Positions 60,483 to 64,000 of a stretch of 64,000 nt of DNA are shown here, piece by piece (within the stretch, counting starts at the first letter, position 1; every line of letters begins with the position of its first letter). This DNA comes from an uncultured Holophagales bacterium. GTDB lineage: Bacteria; Acidobacteriota; Thermoanaerobaculia; Multivoradales; UBA5704. The translations under genes were made by a program, and so were the position numbers. Location: assembly GCA_963842525.1 (NCBI GenBank), contig CAWJGT010000023.1:160001-224000 (forward strand), read 5' to 3'. The notes below the pieces were generated by a model that was not told where the DNA came from, did no database searches, and was given only the letters and a program-made list of their open reading frames with translations.

Positions 60483-60773
60483 ATGGGGGTGACGCGAGAG
60501 TCGGAGCTCATCGCCCGTCTGGAAGCGCAGGTCGCCGCGCTGGAAGCCCTGCTCGAGCGCCGCTCGCGCGAGCTGAGGCTCTTCCAGGAGCACATGTGCC
60601 ACCGCGACCTGATCGTCCTCTCGCGCATCACCGCCGGGGCCGTTCCCCTCCCCTTCGGACCCTTCGAGCCCGAGTTCTGGCCCGAATCGACGGACCTCAC
60701 CCAGGCCGAAGTCGGAGACACGCTGGAAGCGCTCTGGAGCTCTCTGGCCCCCGACCTGCGCGGGCTGCGCTGA
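60483..60773 (+). CDS. Small hypothetical protein with N-terminal coiled coil
   Basis: LIARLEAQVAALEALLERRSRELR; 3 bp after the previous stop and 5 bp before the GT gene. Confidence 0.6.
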   Translation: MGVTRESELIARLEAQVAALEALLERRSRELRLFQEHMCHRDLIVLSRITAGAVPLPFGPFEPEFWPESTDLTQAEVGDTLEALWSSLAPDLRGLR

Positions 60774-60778
60774 GCCGC

Positions 60779-62623
60779 ATGCGAAAAGCCACGCTGATCA
60801 TCCTCGCCTGGAACCGCTGGGACCTCACCCGGCGCTGTCTGGAGACCTTGCGCGAGACCGACCTCACGGGGGCCGAGGTCGTCGTCGTCGACAACGGATC
60901 GACCGACGAGACGCCGCGGCGGCTGGCCGGGATCCCCTGGGTCCGCACCCTCACCCTGCCGCGCAACCTCGGCTTCGTGCGCGGCAACAACGCCGGCCTC
61001 GAGGTCGCCGATCCCGAATCGGACATCGTCCTGCTCAACAATGACCTCGAGCTCACCCAGCACGACTGGCTGCAGCGGCTGCGCGACTGCGCCCACTCGG
61101 CACCGGACCTGGGGATCGTCGGCTGCCGCCTGGTGCAACCGGGCGGCCTGCTGCTCCATGCCGGCACCTACATCCTGCCGGATACCGTATGGGGCCAGCA
61201 GATCGGGTCCCTCGAGCGGGACATCGGTCAGTACCCGGGCGTGCGCCGCGTCCAGGGGATCGTCTTCGCCTGCGCCTACATCCGGCGCGAGGTGATCAAC
61301 GCCATCGGCGGCCTCGCTCTCGACTTCGAATCGTACTTCGAGGACACCGACTACTGTCTGCGCGCCCGGCAGGCCGGCTTCGCGACCGCGGTCTGCGGCG
61401 AGGTCACCCTGGTCCACGACGAGCACGGCTCCACCCGCGAGCACGAGGGCGCTCTCATGCGCCTGTTCCGGCAGAGCCAGGAGATCTTCCGCAAGAAATG
61501 GAAGAAGGCGCTCTGTGGGAATTACCGGCACGAGCTGCTCTGGCAGTCGATCCTGAACTTCCCGACCGGTTACGCCATGAGCTGCCGGGAGATCCTCCGC
61601 TCCCTCGAACAGGAGGGGGTGCGCACCATCTACCGTTATGTCTACGGTCAGGGCTCCCCCTTCCCCGTGGCCGAGCCCGAGCAGAGCGGCGACTACCGCC
61701 TCAACGTGATCGCCAAGCGCGAGCCGCCGCGCCGCCCGAAGGTGGCCGTGGTCTACGGGCAGGGGGACGTCTTCCAGCGCAACCGGGGCCGCTACAAGGT
61801 CGGCTACACGATGCTGGAGGTCGACGGCTTCCCGCCCGAGTGGGTACGGCAGGCCAACGAGATGGACGAGGTCTGGGTGCCGACCGATTTCAACCGCCGG
61901 GGGCTCCTCGAGAGCGGCCTGAAGCGGCCGGTCCACGTCATCCAGCTCGGCATCGACACCGACTATTTCCATCCCCGCATCCAGGCCCATCCCAACCCCA
62001 TGGAAGAGCTCGTCTTCCTCTCGATCTTCGAGTGGGGCGAGCGCAAGGAGCCCTGGCTCCTCCTGCGGGCCTTCAACGAGACGTTCTCGGCCCGCGAGCC
62101 GGTGCGCCTGCTCTGCAAGGTGATCAACAAAGACGGCGGCCTGCGCCTCAAGGACGAGATCCGCAAGCTGAGGCTCAAGGAGAGCGGCGGCAGGATCTCC
62201 TGGCTGCTCAACTTCGAGTTCCCCCACTACCAGCTCGGCTCGCTCTACCGCTCCGCCGACTGCTTCCTCGCGGCCAGCCGCGGCGAGGGATGGGACATGC
62301 CCCTGATGGAAGCCATGGCGTGCGGCCTGCCGGCCATCGCCACCGACTGGGGGGCCCATACCGAGTTCGTCCACGAGGGGATCGCCTATCCATTGCGCAG
62401 CCGCCAGACGGTCCCGGCGGTCGCCAAGTGCCCCTACTACGCCGGCTTCTCCTGGGCCGACCCGGATCCCGAGCACCTCCGGCACCTGCTGCGCGAGGTC
62501 TACGAGAACCGGGACGAGGCGCGGCGGCGCGGCCAGGCGGCAGCGAAGGAGGTGGCGGCGCGCTGGAGCTGGCAGAGCACCGCACGTAAGATCGTCACCC
62601 GGCTGGAAGCAATTGGAGCGTGA
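60779..62623 (+). CDS. GT2 + GT4 bifunctional glycosyltransferase
   Basis: GT2 IILAWN, VDNGSTD, NLGFVRGNN, LLNND, YFEDTDYC; GT4 DEVWVPT, WGERK, RGEGWDMPLMEAMACGLP. Confidence 0.92.
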   Translation: MRKATLIILAWNRWDLTRRCLETLRETDLTGAEVVVVDNGSTDETPRRLAGIPWVRTLTLPRNLGFVRGNNAGLEVADPESDIVLLNNDLELTQHDWLQRLRDCAHSAPDLGIVGCRLVQPGGLLLHAGTYILPDTVWGQQIGSLERDIGQYPGVRRVQGIVFACAYIRREVINAIGGLALDFESYFEDTDYCLRARQAGFATAVCGEVTLVHDEHGSTREHEGALMRLFRQSQEIFRKKWKKALCGNYRHELLWQSILNFPTGYAMSCREILRSLEQEGVRTIYRYVYGQGSPFPVAEPEQSGDYRLNVIAKREPPRRPKVAVVYGQGDVFQRNRGRYKVGYTMLEVDGFPPEWVRQANEMDEVWVPTDFNRRGLLESGLKRPVHVIQLGIDTDYFHPRIQAHPNPMEELVFLSIFEWGERKEPWLLLRAFNETFSAREPVRLLCKVINKDGGLRLKDEIRKLRLKESGGRISWLLNFEFPHYQLGSLYRSADCFLAASRGEGWDMPLMEAMACGLPAIATDWGAHTEFVHEGIAYPLRSRQTVPAVAKCPYYAGFSWADPDPEHLRHLLREVYENRDEARRRGQAAAKEVAARWSWQSTARKIVTRLEAIGA

Positions 62624-63636
62624 CCCCCCAAACGCCCCTGATGCCGATCTCTCCTTCTCCCCGGCTCTCGGTCGTCGTCCCGACCCACGACACCCGCGAG
62701 CTGACCCTGCGCTGCCTGGAGTCGCTGGCTCGCGCGGCCCCTCCGGACGCGGAGGTGATCGTGGTCGACGATGGCAGCCGCGACGGCACCGCCGAAGCGG
62801 TCGCGGCGCGCTTCCCCACCGCGCTCGTCCTGCGCAACGACGCGCCGGCCGGCTTCACCCGGGCCGCCAACCGCGGCCTGGCCCGGACAGGGGGAGATAT
62901 CCTGCTGCTCCTCAACAGCGACACCGAAGTGGAGGGTCCTGCTCTCGCGGCGCTCACAGCGCGCTTCGCCGCGGAGCCGTCGCTCGGCGTGGTCGGGGCG
63001 GCGCTCCACTATCCGGACGGCAGCCCCCAGTGGAGCGGCGGGATGGAGCCATCCCTCGCCTGGCTCTTCGCGCTGTCCAGCGGCCTGCCGGTGCTGCTGG
63101 GACGGCTCCCGCTCTACCGGCGCGCCCGGCCCCTCGCGCCGGGGGATGCCCCAAGGCGCGTGAGCTGGGTCACCGGGGCGGCGCTGGCGATCCGGCGCGC
63201 GGCCTGGCAGCAGGCGGGGCCGCTCGACGAGAGCTTCCGCTTCTACGGCCAGGACCTCGACCTCTGCCTGCGCGTCCGGCAGGCCGGCTGGGAAGTGCAG
63301 ATCGCGCCAGGGTTCCGAGTCCTCCATCATCATGGAGCGACCATCGGCCGCAGTGTTGGAACGATGGACACGATGAGCACGATGGGAGCGGTGGGCCGTC
63401 AGCATCCGGAGCTCCTGTGGACCGACCTGCTGCGCTGGGCGCGGAAGCACCGGAGCGCGAGGTGGGTCGCGCGGGCGCGGAGTGCCCTGTTCTGGGGCGC
63501 CGCCCTGCGGCTCGCGGGACGGGGGCTCGCCCGCCCCTTCCTCCCCGCAGGGCAGCGGGAGGCGTGGCGGGCGGACAGCCGGGCGTTCCGCGAGGCGCTA
63601 CGGGCGCTCCGCCGCGAAAGGCTCAGTCGGGAATGA
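62620..63636 (+). CDS. GT2 glycosyltransferase (rhamnosyltransferase-like)
   Basis: VVVPTH, VVDDGSRDG, GFTRAANRG, LLNSD, WVTGAAL, LDESFRFYGQDLDLC. Confidence 0.9.
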   Translation: MTPQTPLMPISPSPRLSVVVPTHDTRELTLRCLESLARAAPPDAEVIVVDDGSRDGTAEAVAARFPTALVLRNDAPAGFTRAANRGLARTGGDILLLLNSDTEVEGPALAALTARFAAEPSLGVVGAALHYPDGSPQWSGGMEPSLAWLFALSSGLPVLLGRLPLYRRARPLAPGDAPRRVSWVTGAALAIRRAAWQQAGPLDESFRFYGQDLDLCLRVRQAGWEVQIAPGFRVLHHHGATIGRSVGTMDTMSTMGAVGRQHPELLWTDLLRWARKHRSARWVARARSALFWGAALRLAGRGLARPFLPAGQREAWRADSRAFREALRALRRERLSRE

Positions 63637-64000
63637 AGGTGCAGATCAAGAAACCCGGGGTCTCTCGCTGGTTGGGCATCGTCCTGGGGGCGGCTCTTCT
63701 GGCGGTGTTGCTCCTCCTCGCGCACCCCGGCCGTCTCCTTGCTACCCTGCGAGCCGGCGATCCACTGCCTGCCGCTGCCGCCGTGGTGCCGTTCGCGGCC
63801 GTGCTCCTCCTGGAAGCCCTGCGGATCGCGCTGCTCTTCGAGCCCTACAACCTGGGCTATGGGACAGCGCTGCGTGTCACGTTGGCAAGCATGTTCTTCG
63901 GCAGCTTTACGCCAGGCACCCTGGGGGGAGAGGTCTACAAGGTCTACTTTGCACATCGCAGGGCACCCGGGCTGGCCCGTCCGATCGCGCTCACGGTCCT
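63633..64000 (+). CDS. Lysylphosphatidylglycerol-synthase TM / flippase-like membrane protein, truncated by the window end
   Basis: ATGA overlap with the GT2 gene; MKVQIKKPGVSRWLGIVLGAALLAVLLL..MFFGSFTPGTLGGEVYK. Confidence 0.75.
   Translation, partial: MKVQIKKPGVSRWLGIVLGAALLAVLLLLAHPGRLLATLRAGDPLPAAAAVVPFAAVLLLEALRIALLFEPYNLGYGTALRVTLASMFFGSFTPGTLGGEVYKVYFAHRRAPGLARPIALTV

Noticed and set aside
42103-62485. Long opposite-strand ORFs (42103-44463, 46179-47708, 48415-50097, 53650-55353, 56035-57726, 60203-62485)
   Set aside because: Antisense to well-supported genes; typical high-GC codon-bias shadows.
63358-63387. 9-bp tandem repeat ACGATGRRC encoding TMDTMSTMG in the GT2 gene
   Set aside because: In-frame, three copies, probably in a loop; no evidence of a switching role.

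Overview
GC-rich bacterial DNA. The gene families (zinc-knuckle/TPR protein, 'PCRxxDSR...GYFQ' surface domain, composite intergenic hairpin repeats) suggest Acidobacteriota/Thermoanaerobaculia, by inference only. The left ~39 kb is an accessory/defence island. It carries a secreted peptide + TPR gene pair, a lower-GC four-gene nucleotide-processing operon (Nudix; guanylate-kinase-like + N-glycosidase/NDT-like; unknown + Nudix; tandem guanylate-kinase-like) that I cannot assign to a named system, and a complete IS110-family element whose bridge-RNA guides can be read from the sequence. It also has a six-gene BREX locus (brxA-brxB-brxC-pglX-pglZ-brxL), an orphan pilN/pilO-like pair, a SIR2-TIR + STAND-NTPase-WD40 + TPR/membrane operon, a tyrosine recombinase followed by six 74-bp hairpin repeats, and a DUF900-like hydrolase. 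The right ~24 kb looks like core genome: recN, a YkgJ-like gene, an S9 peptidase, an FHA-GGDEF protein, an FG-GAP protein and a large glycosyltransferase/methyltransferase locus. Many genes, including recN, carry apparent single-base frameshifts, most likely assembly indels. All family calls come from motifs recognised by eye; no database search was run.
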